From Candidatus Omnitrophota bacterium (GTDB lineage: Bacteria > Omnitrophota > Gorgyraeia > B26-G9): a stretch of 64,000 bases of DNA. A model generated the notes under the pieces. That model had not been told where the DNA came from. It did no database searches and saw only the letters and a program-made list of their open reading frames with translations. Each line of letters starts with the position of its first letter. Position 1 is the first letter of the stretch. A program made the position numbers and the translations under genes. Below are positions 15,581 through 25,216 of the stretch, piece by piece. Location: positions 30,951 to 94,950 of the forward strand of contig JACQZH010000007.1 of assembly GCA_016213925.1 (NCBI GenBank). The letters are read 5' to 3'.

Positions 15581-16648
15581 ATGGGGCTGACAAAAGAGAC
15601 TGGACAAAAACTAAAAGAGTATATATTAAATAATGTGGATAAGTATCCTAGTCAAATTGTTGCGAAAGCTGCTAAGGAATTTGGAATATCAAGACAAGCG
15701 GTTCATCGGCATATTCGGCAGTTGAAAAATAACAGCGCGCTTGTGTCTGCGGGCAAAGGAAAAAGCGTGCAATATTCCTTGAAAATAATACAGCATACTT
15801 TCCAACTGAAGGTATTTCCTGGGATGAGTGAAGATCAGGTTTGGAAGGAAAAAATATTTCCCAGCCTGCCAAAATTAAATAAAAATATTTTAGATATTTG
15901 TCAATATGGTTTTACGGAAATATTTAATAATGTAATAGACCATTCAGAATCAGAAGAGGCTATAGTTGTTGTGACGGAAGACATAACGTCAATTCTTTTG
16001 TATGTTTCGGATAGCGGAGTGGGGATATTTAATAAAATTCAACAAGCGTTAAAATTAGAAGATCCGCAGCATGCTATTTTAGAATTGGCAAAAGGGAAAT
16101 TTACTACGGATCCGGAGCAACATAGCGGGGAGGGAATATTTTTCACCTCCAGAATTTTTGATAAGTTTGAAATTCTTTCGCAAAATTTATATTTTTATGG
16201 ATATAAGGATGAAGATTGGATTCTTGAATCAGAAAACGGTTTAAGTAAAGGCACCGCGGTATTTATGAAAATTCGCAGGGATTCAAAAACAACAATTAAG
16301 GAAATATTTGATAAATATACTTCAGGGGAAAGCGATTTTGGTTTTTCAAAAACAATTATACCGGTGAGCTTAATGCGGCATGAAGGGCAAGAGCTTGTTT
16401 CTCGTTCGCAGGCAAAACGTTTAATTACAAGATTCGATAGATTTAAAGAAGTAGTGCTGGATTTTCAGGGTGTGACAATGATTGGACAGGCTTTTGCGGA
16501 TGAACTATTCCGGGTTTTTGGAAAACAGCATCCGGAAGTCAGCATTGTCCCGATAAACACAACGGAAGATATTAAAAATATTATCCTGCATGTTAGAGCT
16601 GAATCCGGCGCAACTGATCTGCAAAAAGAGAATAGCGGCGAAAACTAA
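15581..16648 (+). CDS. Fused HTH + GHKL ATPase (RsbW-like anti-sigma kinase fold) + C-terminal STAS-like (DUF4325) protein.
   Basis: N-terminal HTH (GISRQAVHRHIRQL), GHKL N-box (FTEIFNNVIDHS) and G1 (DSGVGIF), then a C-terminal LDFQGV ... AFADELF block typical of DUF4325/STAS-like domains. Confidence 0.6.
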   Translation: MGLTKETGQKLKEYILNNVDKYPSQIVAKAAKEFGISRQAVHRHIRQLKNNSALVSAGKGKSVQYSLKIIQHTFQLKVFPGMSEDQVWKEKIFPSLPKLNKNILDICQYGFTEIFNNVIDHSESEEAIVVVTEDITSILLYVSDSGVGIFNKIQQALKLEDPQHAILELAKGKFTTDPEQHSGEGIFFTSRIFDKFEILSQNLYFYGYKDEDWILESENGLSKGTAVFMKIRRDSKTTIKEIFDKYTSGESDFGFSKTIIPVSLMRHEGQELVSRSQAKRLITRFDRFKEVVLDFQGVTMIGQAFADELFRVFGKQHPEVSIVPINTTEDIKNIILHVRAESGATDLQKENSGEN

Positions 16649-16708
16649 CTTTTCTTTGCCGGCATATAAGATGAACTTTAAATTTAAAATATCGGAACAG
16701 GTTTTTAA

Positions 16709-17014
16709 TTGGAGCGTATTCATAAATTTTCAAGAAGGAGAAGGAGGATAGTCGTGAAACCGTTAAAAAAAAAGAAAGAAAAAGCAAAAAGAAAAATCAC
16801 TTCGGAGCAAGCTTTCGCTTCTTTGATTGGGCTGCTTCTGACGCTGATTATAATTGCGGTACTTTTATACTCGCTGGCGAATAATAATAAAAACACGGGC
16901 TCTCAACAGGCAGAAGACGCGCCTGCTAATCCAAAAGCAACGCTGGACAAGGCAAAAGAGGCAGTGGGAAACATCAATAAACAGCAGCAAAAGCGTATGC
17001 AAGAGTTGGAATAA
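16709..17014 (+). CDS. Small basic membrane protein, hypothetical.
   Basis: Lys/Arg-rich N-terminus followed by one TM helix. Confidence 0.3.
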   Translation: MERIHKFSRRRRRIVVKPLKKKKEKAKRKITSEQAFASLIGLLLTLIIIAVLLYSLANNNKNTGSQQAEDAPANPKATLDKAKEAVGNINKQQQKRMQELE

Positions 17015-17157
17015 GGCAATAAATTTATTGACCAGGGGGCAGAAAAGGAGTAAGCTATCATTGTGCTTCAGGGATGAATAACGCGATGAGGCAAAAAGCA
17101 GATGCTTTAACATGGTATTAAAACAACCGGATTTTTGCGGTTGTTTTTTCTTTTTTC

Positions 17158-19533
17158 GTGGGGAGTTCAATGTCAAAACAAAAAAATAAAGACCAAAGTT
17201 TTTTACTGTGTGAAAAGATAAAGAAACTGACAACACTGCTTACGCAGGAAAAACAAACGGAACAGGCATTAAGAAGCGGGATTAAGGCCTATATTCAAAG
17301 AGAGAAAGTTTTTCGGCAGTTGTTTGATAATATTAAAACAGCTGTTGCTGTTTATAAGGTTGTTGATAACGGCAAGGATTTTGTTTTTGCGGATTTTAAT
17401 CATGCGGCGGAAAAAATTGATAAAATAAAAAAAGAACAGCTTATCGGGAAAAAAGTCAGCAGGGTTTTTCCCGGGGTAAAGGAATTCGGGTTGTTCGATG
17501 TGTTTAAAAGAGTATGGAAAACCGGTAAGCCAGAGCATCACCCTGTGGGTATTTATAAAGATAAAAGAATCCAGGGGTGGAGGGAAAACTATGTGTATAA
17601 AATCCCTTCCGGAGAAATAATCGCTGTATACGAAGACGCTACCGCGCGCAAACAAGCGGAACAGCAGATGAAAGAGCTAGCAAGATTCCCTAAAGAAAAT
17701 CCGAACTTGGTTTTAAGGGTAACCTTTCAAGGCGAGGTTATTTTTAAGAATAAAGCAGTAGACAGTGTTTTAAAGAGTTTAAGGGTCAATCAAAAAGATA
17801 TTAAAGAAATTCTTCCTAAGAATCTAGCCGCGATAATACGCAAAGCGCGAAAAAATAAAAGGCAATCAGTGAATTCAGAGGTTTCGATAAAAGGCAAAAC
17901 ATATTTTTACGCGATATCTGTGGGAGCGCAAGATGCCAATATCTACGGGTTTGATATTACAGAGCGCAAAAAGACAGAAAAAGAATTATATCACAACTCA
18001 AAACAATTACAGGTCCTCAATGAAAATCTGGCAGAGGGCATGGTGTACCAGATCAACAGCGGCAAAGACGGTTTATCGAGAAAATTTTCCTATTTGAGCC
18101 CGGCAGTGAAAAAGCTTCACGGGTTAGAGCCTAGAGAAGTTATTGCAAATCCGCGTATATTATATGAGCAGGTAATAGAACCAGACCGTTCGTTTCTAGC
18201 AAAAAAAGAAAAGCATGCGTTTGAAACGATGAGTAAGCTTGAAGCTGAAGTTAGGATGCGGCTGCCTTCCGGAGATATCCGCTGGCGTCAATTTGTATCA
18301 ACGCCCAGGATTATGGAGGGTGTTGTTTTATGGGATGGGATTGAACTGGACATCACAGAGCGCAAGCAGGCGGAATTAAAATATAAAACTATTTTAGATA
18401 CCGCGATTGATTGTTTTTATATTATTAACGCGCGGCAAGGCAACATCTTGGAGGTTAATGATGCCTACTGTTCTTTGATTGGATATAGCCGTGACGAATT
18501 GCTTAAGATGAGCTTAAAAGATATTGAATATAAAGAAAACCCTAAGAAAATAGCGCGGCATATGCGGTACATAATCAAGAAAGGCGCGGATCATTTTGAA
18601 ACTCGTCACAGGGCCAAAGAAGGAAGGATTATTGATCTTGAAACGAGTGTTAATTATATGAAAGAAAACAAAAAGTTTTTTGTGTTTATGCATGATATTA
18701 CCGAGCGCAAGAAATATGAGAATGACCTTAAAAAAGCTAAGGAAGAGATAGAAAAATGGAATAAAGAGCTGGAAAAAAGAGTGCGAGAAAAAGCGTGTGC
18801 TTTAAAAGAGGCGCAGGAACAGCTTTTTCAGGCGGATAAACTTAGCAGTATCGGGCAGTTGGGCGCGGGTATCGCGCATGAGTTAAACAGCCCGCTTGCC
18901 GGTTTGCTAAGCTTAATCAGGGCTTATAAAAAGAAAAAAAATCCGGATACGGATGAATACGCGGAATTAGCGGAAATGGAATCAGCCTGCGAATACATGG
19001 CAAGAATAGTTAGAGACTTAAATTTATTTTCCCGGCAAACTGTTGGAGAAACGGAAAAAGCGAACTTAAACGAGCTTATTGAGGCTACAATGTCTTTTAG
19101 CATGCATCAGCTTAAAGCTAAAAATATCATAATAATAAAAAACTATAGCCAAGAACTGGCTGTTTTCTTGGCGGACAAGCGCCGTGTTCAGCAGGTAATT
19201 ATTAACCTGTTGGCAAATGCCTGCGATGCTTTATCCGAGCGCGGTATTTTAACAATTACTACCGGAAATATTAATTTAAATGGGCAAGTGTTTGTTGAAT
19301 TGGAGGTTGCGGATAATGGCTGCGGCATAAAAAAAACGGATATAAAGAAAATTTTTGAGCCTTTTTTTACTACAAAACGCCCGGGGAAAGGCGTGGGGCT
19401 TGGATTAGCTGTTGTTTACAGCATTGTTGAGAAGCACAAGGGCAGGATTTTTGTCAAAAGCAAGGAAGGCGCGGGAACAACATTTACGGTGCAGCTTCCG
19501 GCGCTAGTAGAAACAAGGACTGCTGAAAAATAA
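17158..19533 (+). CDS. PAS/PAC-domain sensor histidine kinase.
   Basis: H-box AGIAHELNSPL, N-box NLLANACDAL, G-boxes DNGCGI and GVGLGLAVV. Multiple PAS-like segments upstream. Confidence 0.85.
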   Translation: MGSSMSKQKNKDQSFLLCEKIKKLTTLLTQEKQTEQALRSGIKAYIQREKVFRQLFDNIKTAVAVYKVVDNGKDFVFADFNHAAEKIDKIKKEQLIGKKVSRVFPGVKEFGLFDVFKRVWKTGKPEHHPVGIYKDKRIQGWRENYVYKIPSGEIIAVYEDATARKQAEQQMKELARFPKENPNLVLRVTFQGEVIFKNKAVDSVLKSLRVNQKDIKEILPKNLAAIIRKARKNKRQSVNSEVSIKGKTYFYAISVGAQDANIYGFDITERKKTEKELYHNSKQLQVLNENLAEGMVYQINSGKDGLSRKFSYLSPAVKKLHGLEPREVIANPRILYEQVIEPDRSFLAKKEKHAFETMSKLEAEVRMRLPSGDIRWRQFVSTPRIMEGVVLWDGIELDITERKQAELKYKTILDTAIDCFYIINARQGNILEVNDAYCSLIGYSRDELLKMSLKDIEYKENPKKIARHMRYIIKKGADHFETRHRAKEGRIIDLETSVNYMKENKKFFVFMHDITERKKYENDLKKAKEEIEKWNKELEKRVREKACALKEAQEQLFQADKLSSIGQLGAGIAHELNSPLAGLLSLIRAYKKKKNPDTDEYAELAEMESACEYMARIVRDLNLFSRQTVGETEKANLNELIEATMSFSMHQLKAKNIIIIKNYSQELAVFLADKRRVQQVIINLLANACDALSERGILTITTGNINLNGQVFVELEVADNGCGIKKTDIKKIFEPFFTTKRPGKGVGLGLAVVYSIVEKHKGRIFVKSKEGAGTTFTVQLPALVETRTAEK

Positions 19534-19549
19534 GCTGGGGCGGAAAAAG

Positions 19550-19918
19550 ATGAATAAAATACTTGTTGTAGATGATGAAAAATTGATTTGCATAAGTATA
19601 AAAAGAGAACTGGAGGATCTAGGGTATAAAGTGCAGATTGCTCTGAACGGAGCAGATGCTATTGATTGCGTGGAAAATAACGAGATTGAGATGGCATTTG
19701 TTGATTTGATTCTGCCGGATATAAACGGGATGAATGTGTGTAAAAGGATAAAACAATTAAACAGCAATATAAAAGTTGTGCTTATGTCCGGTTATACGGA
19801 TAAACTTATGGATTTAAAAAAAGAATTCAGCCTTTTGAAAGGAGCAAAGGATATGCTGGAAAAGCCGTTTGGCGGTGACGATATTTTAAAGCAGGTAACC
19901 AGTTTTTTTGTTAGTTGA
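19550..19918 (+). CDS. Single-domain response regulator (CheY-like receiver).
   Basis: VVDDE, VDLILPD and KPF motifs. Sits 17 nt downstream of the kinase. Confidence 0.8.
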   Translation: MNKILVVDDEKLICISIKRELEDLGYKVQIALNGADAIDCVENNEIEMAFVDLILPDINGMNVCKRIKQLNSNIKVVLMSGYTDKLMDLKKEFSLLKGAKDMLEKPFGGDDILKQVTSFFVS

Positions 19919-20038
19919 AAACGCAAGAAATTAAAAAAGCAAAAGCCTGATAATCGCTTGACAGTAAAGCGGTTAGCAGGTAAAATAATATTCAATATTT
20001 AAACAAGGAATTCGCTAACGGATAGATGGAGAGGTTAT

Positions 20039-20395
20039 ATGAGCCCGGAAATAAAAAAAGCGGAAGATGTGCTGGCAGATATTATTGAAAAGATCAGTAT
20101 TTTGAAAATTTATGAAAAGCGCGCTAAGCGGGAAGATTACTGTGAAATCGTAATCTATAATAAAGACAATGACCAATGGAAGTCTTTGCTGGCTGAAATG
20201 CTTGGTGAAGAAATAACCGCCGCTAAAAGAAATATTACAGAGGAAGATTTCCTTGTGACAAAAATTTACGGCGGAATCGGAGGTAATCAGTCTTTATTCA
20301 GAAAAAAATTCGAAAATCAAACGTTAATCGCGATGTTCTGGCCATGGCAGGACAATGAGCACACGACTTTGAAGATGATCGTTGTGAAAAGATAG
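20039..20395 (+). CDS. Hypothetical protein (118 aa).
   Basis: ORF with plausible spacing to neighbours; no motif recognised. Confidence 0.35.
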   Translation: MSPEIKKAEDVLADIIEKISILKIYEKRAKREDYCEIVIYNKDNDQWKSLLAEMLGEEITAAKRNITEEDFLVTKIYGGIGGNQSLFRKKFENQTLIAMFWPWQDNEHTTLKMIVVKR

Positions 20396-20529
20396 GGCAT
20401 TGGGCGCGCGTTGTCCGGCGCTTACCGGAAAGAAATTAACTTCCCGCAAAAGATTAATTCAGGAGTAATTTTAGACTGCTGCCGAAGATTTTTTTTAAAT
20501 TCCAACAGTTGATATAACGAGTAAAAAAA

Positions 20530-21033
20530 ATGAACGAAAAAACCATCGGTAGAATTTTATATTGCCTGCTTGCCGGGGCGATCTTGGCAGGATTTTTCAA
20601 ATGGAATAAGAGTTATGAAGCTGCTTTTGAGCAGGGTAAACAGGATATCTTGCTTGAAAGCAAAAGAGCATATGTTAAGCCGGAAATATATGAATATCTG
20701 ACAAATATCGAAAAAACCGCGCAATATCACGGCTACAATAACGGACGGAATATGTTCCTGGTCCGGCAAAAGATAGAAGAGGCGCAGCAAAAACGCAAAG
20801 GGCAGCAGGTGAAAAATATTTCTGAAAAGGAAGTATCCGGGGCAAGTGATTTAGATATTGAGCGGATTATGAAAATAGTTATTCCTGAAAAGTATTTTAC
20901 TGTGCGTCAAATGAGCGTTTCCAAAGAAAAAGCAGAAGTATTATTACAGGCGTCATCAAATAAAAATATCGATAGATATAACCTGCGTGCGGCAAAGCCA
21001 GCTATTTACAGAAGTGCATTCAGCGATGTTTAA
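20530..21033 (+). CDS. Hypothetical membrane-anchored protein (167 aa).
   Basis: N-terminal TM helix; no motif recognised. Confidence 0.4.
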   Translation: MNEKTIGRILYCLLAGAILAGFFKWNKSYEAAFEQGKQDILLESKRAYVKPEIYEYLTNIEKTAQYHGYNNGRNMFLVRQKIEEAQQKRKGQQVKNISEKEVSGASDLDIERIMKIVIPEKYFTVRQMSVSKEKAEVLLQASSNKNIDRYNLRAAKPAIYRSAFSDV

Positions 21034-21330
21034 GCACAGTCCCGGCAACAAAGAAATTACCGCGGCATTGATATTCAAGTTCTCCAAATTGTTTGATTCT
21101 TCGAAAGAAGCGTTTATAGAAGCGGAAACGCTGCGGAAAACATTAAGCAGCATTCTGTTTGAATAGTTTTTAAAAATTATCTTGTTTTTAATACTAAAGT
21201 AAAGCAAGCAGAATCCTTGTTCTTATCGCACCGGTTATTTGGTTAATAAATCTTACCCAAGGAAATACATAGAGTTATTGAAAAACAACTTTAACTTAGG
21301 TATACTAGTTATAGGTGGGTTTGTTATAAA

Positions 21331-21744
21331 ATGGGAAAAAAAGGGTTTACTATAATTGAATTAATGGTCGCAGTGATGATAACTGTGGTTGTTTTAACAG
21401 GGTTGCTGCATATACATACACAAACATTTAGCTTGTATGAAGTATCCAGGAATAAGACGATTGCCGTAAATGCCGCCCGCCAGCAATTAGAAAGAATCCG
21501 TAGCCTGCCGTATGATGATGCCAGCTCTACCAATGATGTTTTAGGCCAAAATGGAATCACATTCCCTGTTGTGCTCTTATCCGGTCCTTTGGGAGCGAAT
21601 CCAGGGAGTATCAGCATTGTAGACGACCCGGATTATCCCGGCGATACTAATATAAGGGAAATTATTGTTGCTGTCAGCTGGATAGCGCAAGGAAAAGTTC
21701 CTGGCGGCAGTATTCAGCTGGTTACTCGAAGGGCGAGATATTAA
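21331..21744 (+). CDS. Prepilin-type N-terminal cleavage/methylation domain protein (PilV/GspI-like minor pilin).
   Basis: MGKKGFTIIELMVAVMI: class III signal peptide with G-F-T-I-I-E. Confidence 0.7.
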   Translation: MGKKGFTIIELMVAVMITVVVLTGLLHIHTQTFSLYEVSRNKTIAVNAARQQLERIRSLPYDDASSTNDVLGQNGITFPVVLLSGPLGANPGSISIVDDPDYPGDTNIREIIVAVSWIAQGKVPGGSIQLVTRRARY

Positions 21745-21750
21745 AAAACC

Positions 21751-22434
21751 ATGAAAAAAAAAGATGCGCGGATTCAAGGGTTTTCCCTGGTTGAAACCGT
21801 TGTGGTGATGGCAATTAGCACGGTTGTTGTATATGGAGTTTATATTATTTTATTCTCTTGTTCAGACGCGGTTCAGTTATCAGCGGCGCAGGTAGAATTG
21901 CAAAATAACGCGCAAAGGGCGGTCAGTCGAATAATCCCGGAATTAAGAGAAAGCAATTTGGATAATATTACCGGGTTTCCTGCCTGGGCAGCAACAGCAA
22001 CAGGAACAGCGATTGACCTTATTGATGATCAGGCTGTTGTTTTTAGTTCAGCGCGCGATACTTTAGGAGATTTTCAGATGGATGGGACGGAACATACCGC
22101 GGATTGGCAAGGCGTGGTGGCGTTCTGTCCGTTCGCGGATAATGATGTGCGCCAGCTTAGGCAGTATAGGGTTTTTGGAGCATATGATTTTCCGGTAACT
22201 GTTACTAATGTGGACAGCACGCAGATAACGCTTAATGATAATAGCGGAACCGCAATAATAATAGACAGGGATACGGGCGCGCCGGGAATATATAATGTCT
22301 TAGCGAATAATTTTAACCGGCTGACTTTTATCGCGGGTAACCCGGTAACTATAATTGTTATAACGGATAAAACCACGGTAAAAAACCGAAACGTGTCATT
22401 TAGTTTAACGACTAACGCGGTAATAAAAAATTGA
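21751..22434 (+). CDS. Prepilin-type minor pilin (PilW-like).
   Basis: QGFSLVETVVVMAI prepilin motif. Confidence 0.65.
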   Translation: MKKKDARIQGFSLVETVVVMAISTVVVYGVYIILFSCSDAVQLSAAQVELQNNAQRAVSRIIPELRESNLDNITGFPAWAATATGTAIDLIDDQAVVFSSARDTLGDFQMDGTEHTADWQGVVAFCPFADNDVRQLRQYRVFGAYDFPVTVTNVDSTQITLNDNSGTAIIIDRDTGAPGIYNVLANNFNRLTFIAGNPVTIIVITDKTTVKNRNVSFSLTTNAVIKN

Positions 22435-22486
22435 TAAATCTAAATTTTGGGATAAAAACAGCATCAAGGCAAAAAGGGGTTTAATA

Positions 22487-24184
22487 GTGAAAGCGAAAAA
22501 GAATGGGTCGGTATTAATTTCCGCGCTGATTGTTGCCATAGTTGTTTCAATTGCCGCGGCAAGCATGCTGACGCAGGGGATTGCTTCTAACCGGGTTTCC
22601 GAGCGGGCCGTGGATTCGGCGCAAACATATTATTTAACTGAAGCGGCTATTGAAAGGGCAATCTATGAGCTTAAGTATGGACAAGACATCATTGATGATG
22701 ACGGTAATTCCGGCTCAAACGGCATTCCGGATATATATGAGCAATTGCAGGGGATTAATTCTTTTAATACCGCGGAAGGCGGAGCCGGGCCAATAACCGC
22801 GCCGCCTTTAGCAATGAACTTTACCATTAACGGCCAGGCTGTTAATGTTGAGCTTAGCACAATACTTGTGCCGCATTCTAATTTACTTGAAACGTTTAAC
22901 CCTGCTACTGCTTCCGGCGGTTTTGTCCAGTTTACAGGCGGATGTTACGGAAAACCGCTGTTTTTAGATATCAACGGAGACGGCAACCATGAAATACTTT
23001 TAGGAACGGATGACGGCAATGTGCACTATTATAAATATTATTATGATGAAATAAATAAGCAGTATACGATAGAAGAAGTTTTAGACGCGTTCGGCGATCC
23101 GTTTATCAACGGTTTGGAAGGAAAGATTGTAGGCAGTTTAATCGCGCAGGATATTGATAATGACGGTAATATAAATGTGCTGATAAATACAGACAAAGGG
23201 CATGTATATTGTTATGAAGTAGGCGCTGCTCCGCTTGAACTTCGCTGGGATTATGATGTTCCCGGGGCAAACTCCACTTATTGGGAATTGGCAGTAGGGA
23301 ATTTAGACGGGGATGCTGACCTTGAAATAGTTATGCCTTCAGCTAATAAAGGGCTTACTTTTTTGGATACCAACGGCTCTGTAATCAGAAATATTGCCCC
23401 GACGGGGTTTGGGTATACAGCTCCGCCTTTGATAGGCGATTTTGATAAAGACGGAGTAAACGAGGTTATTGCTGACGACGGAGTAGAGCTGAATTGTTAT
23501 GAGCTGTCCGGAACAAAAAAATGGACATACCGCGTAGGTTTAAAAACCAGTGAAGCTACCGGGGCATTATCGATCGACGGCAGCGGTAAGCATATCGAAG
23601 ATCAAACTTCCAATGGTTTTTGGGTTCCGAGTTCTTCGGCAGGAGATGTGGATGGCGACGGGTTCCCGGAGATCGTGGCTACATCTTTGGGCAACGCTAA
23701 TAACCGCAATACGCATACAGTTATTTTAAGAGATAATAACCGGACTATTGTCGATGCAAAAGATATAAATAAAAACGGTAATAGCACAGAGGTAATTGCC
23801 GTGCCGGATGATATACGCGTAAATTTAACCCCGAGCGCGCTTGCAAACGGCTTTACCGGCGCTGACCTTAGGGGGTTGGTTTCACAGCGTCAGCCTGCGA
23901 TCGGCGACTTAGAAGCGGACGGAAAAGTGGAAATTGCGCATGGAGCGCGCATAGACCAGATTTTTTTATTTAATGTGGATTTTGACAATACTGACGGCGC
24001 GTTTTTAGGAACTGCGGCAACAGAAACTGATGTTGGATGGAATAAGGGCACCTGGGAGATGGTTGATTATACCGGCGATGGGGCAGTAGATTTTCCGGCA
24101 GGGCTTGGCGGCGCCGGCGACATCGCGGCTTCTCCGGTTTTTGCCAATGTTGATAAAGATCAGATCTTAATCAGGACGGCATAG
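22487..24184 (+). CDS. PilX-N-like minor pilin fused to FG-GAP/VCBS beta-propeller repeats, putative pilus-tip adhesin. The reading frame appears to continue in ORF 24196-24402 after a frameshift.
   Basis: N-terminal SVLISALIVAIVVSIAAASMLT (PilX_N-like). Repeated D-x-D/N-x-DG ... E(I/V) FG-GAP motifs (DINGDGNHEIL, DIDNDGNINVL, GDFDKDGVNEVI, GDVDGDGFPEIV, GDLEADGKVEIA). Confidence 0.65.
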   Translation: MKAKKNGSVLISALIVAIVVSIAAASMLTQGIASNRVSERAVDSAQTYYLTEAAIERAIYELKYGQDIIDDDGNSGSNGIPDIYEQLQGINSFNTAEGGAGPITAPPLAMNFTINGQAVNVELSTILVPHSNLLETFNPATASGGFVQFTGGCYGKPLFLDINGDGNHEILLGTDDGNVHYYKYYYDEINKQYTIEEVLDAFGDPFINGLEGKIVGSLIAQDIDNDGNINVLINTDKGHVYCYEVGAAPLELRWDYDVPGANSTYWELAVGNLDGDADLEIVMPSANKGLTFLDTNGSVIRNIAPTGFGYTAPPLIGDFDKDGVNEVIADDGVELNCYELSGTKKWTYRVGLKTSEATGALSIDGSGKHIEDQTSNGFWVPSSSAGDVDGDGFPEIVATSLGNANNRNTHTVILRDNNRTIVDAKDINKNGNSTEVIAVPDDIRVNLTPSALANGFTGADLRGLVSQRQPAIGDLEADGKVEIAHGARIDQIFLFNVDFDNTDGAFLGTAATETDVGWNKGTWEMVDYTGDGAVDFPAGLGGAGDIAASPVFANVDKDQILIRTA

Positions 24185-24389
24185 AAGAAATTGCAATGGC
24201 GTCTTCGAAAGGTACCGGAGGCTTCGGCGGAAACCATTATTTGTATGTATTAAGCTTAAGCGGGGTGAAATTTTCCCGGATAATGATCCAAGCTAACGCT
24301 GTCGGGTATTTTGGCGTAAACCAGCAGTCAAGCATGGTTGTGGATTTAGGAGATCCTTCGACTCCGAATTCGATTGTTGAAATGCAGTC

Positions 24390-25031
24390 TTGGCAGGAAT
24401 GACGATGAAAAATTATTTTAATGCGCTGGTTATTGTTAATACGGCAAGCCTGTTCATTTTTGTTATAGTGCTTGCGGTTTTATTTAAAAATTGTCAGACA
24501 ACTATACGGTTAGGCCAAAATGTCCTTAAAAAAGATGAACCCAGAACTATGATTAAACAAAAACAGGACAGTGTTATATCAAAAGAACAGGGGATATTTA
24601 GTAAGGCAATGATGCTTAAAAATAGCGCCCGTTATAAAGAGGCGATAGCTGCATTTAAAGAAGCGGCAGAAGAATATCCGCAAAGTGTTTTAGCGGACAA
24701 TGCCTATTATCAAATCGCGCAAATTCTAATAGCTGATCCGGTTAAAAAGCCCCGAGAAGCAGCAGCGGTATACCATTTTATTGTCGAGGCTTATCCGAAA
24801 AGCGAAATCGCTGATGATGCGCAATATCAGCTGGCTAAAATAGCCGGCTTGTATTTTAAAGAACCTTTACTCGCCTTAGATGAATACAGAAAGCTTATCG
24901 CGCTTTTTCCGCAAAGCAAATATGTTAAAGAAGCTCAAAGCGCTATTGATTTTTTGACCAGCGACCCAAACGGTGACGGTATCCCGCTTGCTGAAAGTAT
25001 GGGAATAGGCATACCTGACGAGGCTTTTTAA
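24390..25031 (+). CDS. Membrane-anchored TPR-repeat protein (BamD/YbgF-like).
   Basis: TPR-like AYYQIAQ / AQYQLAKI repeats and an N-terminal TM helix. Confidence 0.55.
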   Translation: MAGMTMKNYFNALVIVNTASLFIFVIVLAVLFKNCQTTIRLGQNVLKKDEPRTMIKQKQDSVISKEQGIFSKAMMLKNSARYKEAIAAFKEAAEEYPQSVLADNAYYQIAQILIADPVKKPREAAAVYHFIVEAYPKSEIADDAQYQLAKIAGLYFKEPLLALDEYRKLIALFPQSKYVKEAQSAIDFLTSDPNGDGIPLAESMGIGIPDEAF

Positions 25032-25216
25032 ATGGATAAAGATAATACGTAATAGCAGATATCTTTATGGATAGGCATACATATAGGAGGCATATTGAGG
25101 GTGTTTATTAAGTAAGAAAGAGTAACCAGCAACCAGAGTACAGAAACCAGGAATTAGAAACTAAAAACTGGAGACACTAAAAGTAAATAACTAGTTCAAA
25201 GGAAAAGGAGCGATAA

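Noticed and set aside
10177-16648. Looked for an integrase, excisionase or a terminal direct repeat of the tRNA 3' end to call an integrative element.
   Set aside because: No tyrosine or serine recombinase ORF is present. The only repeat of tRNA sequence is a 16-nt 5' fragment upstream, so the island-like block cannot be called a mobile element from this window alone.
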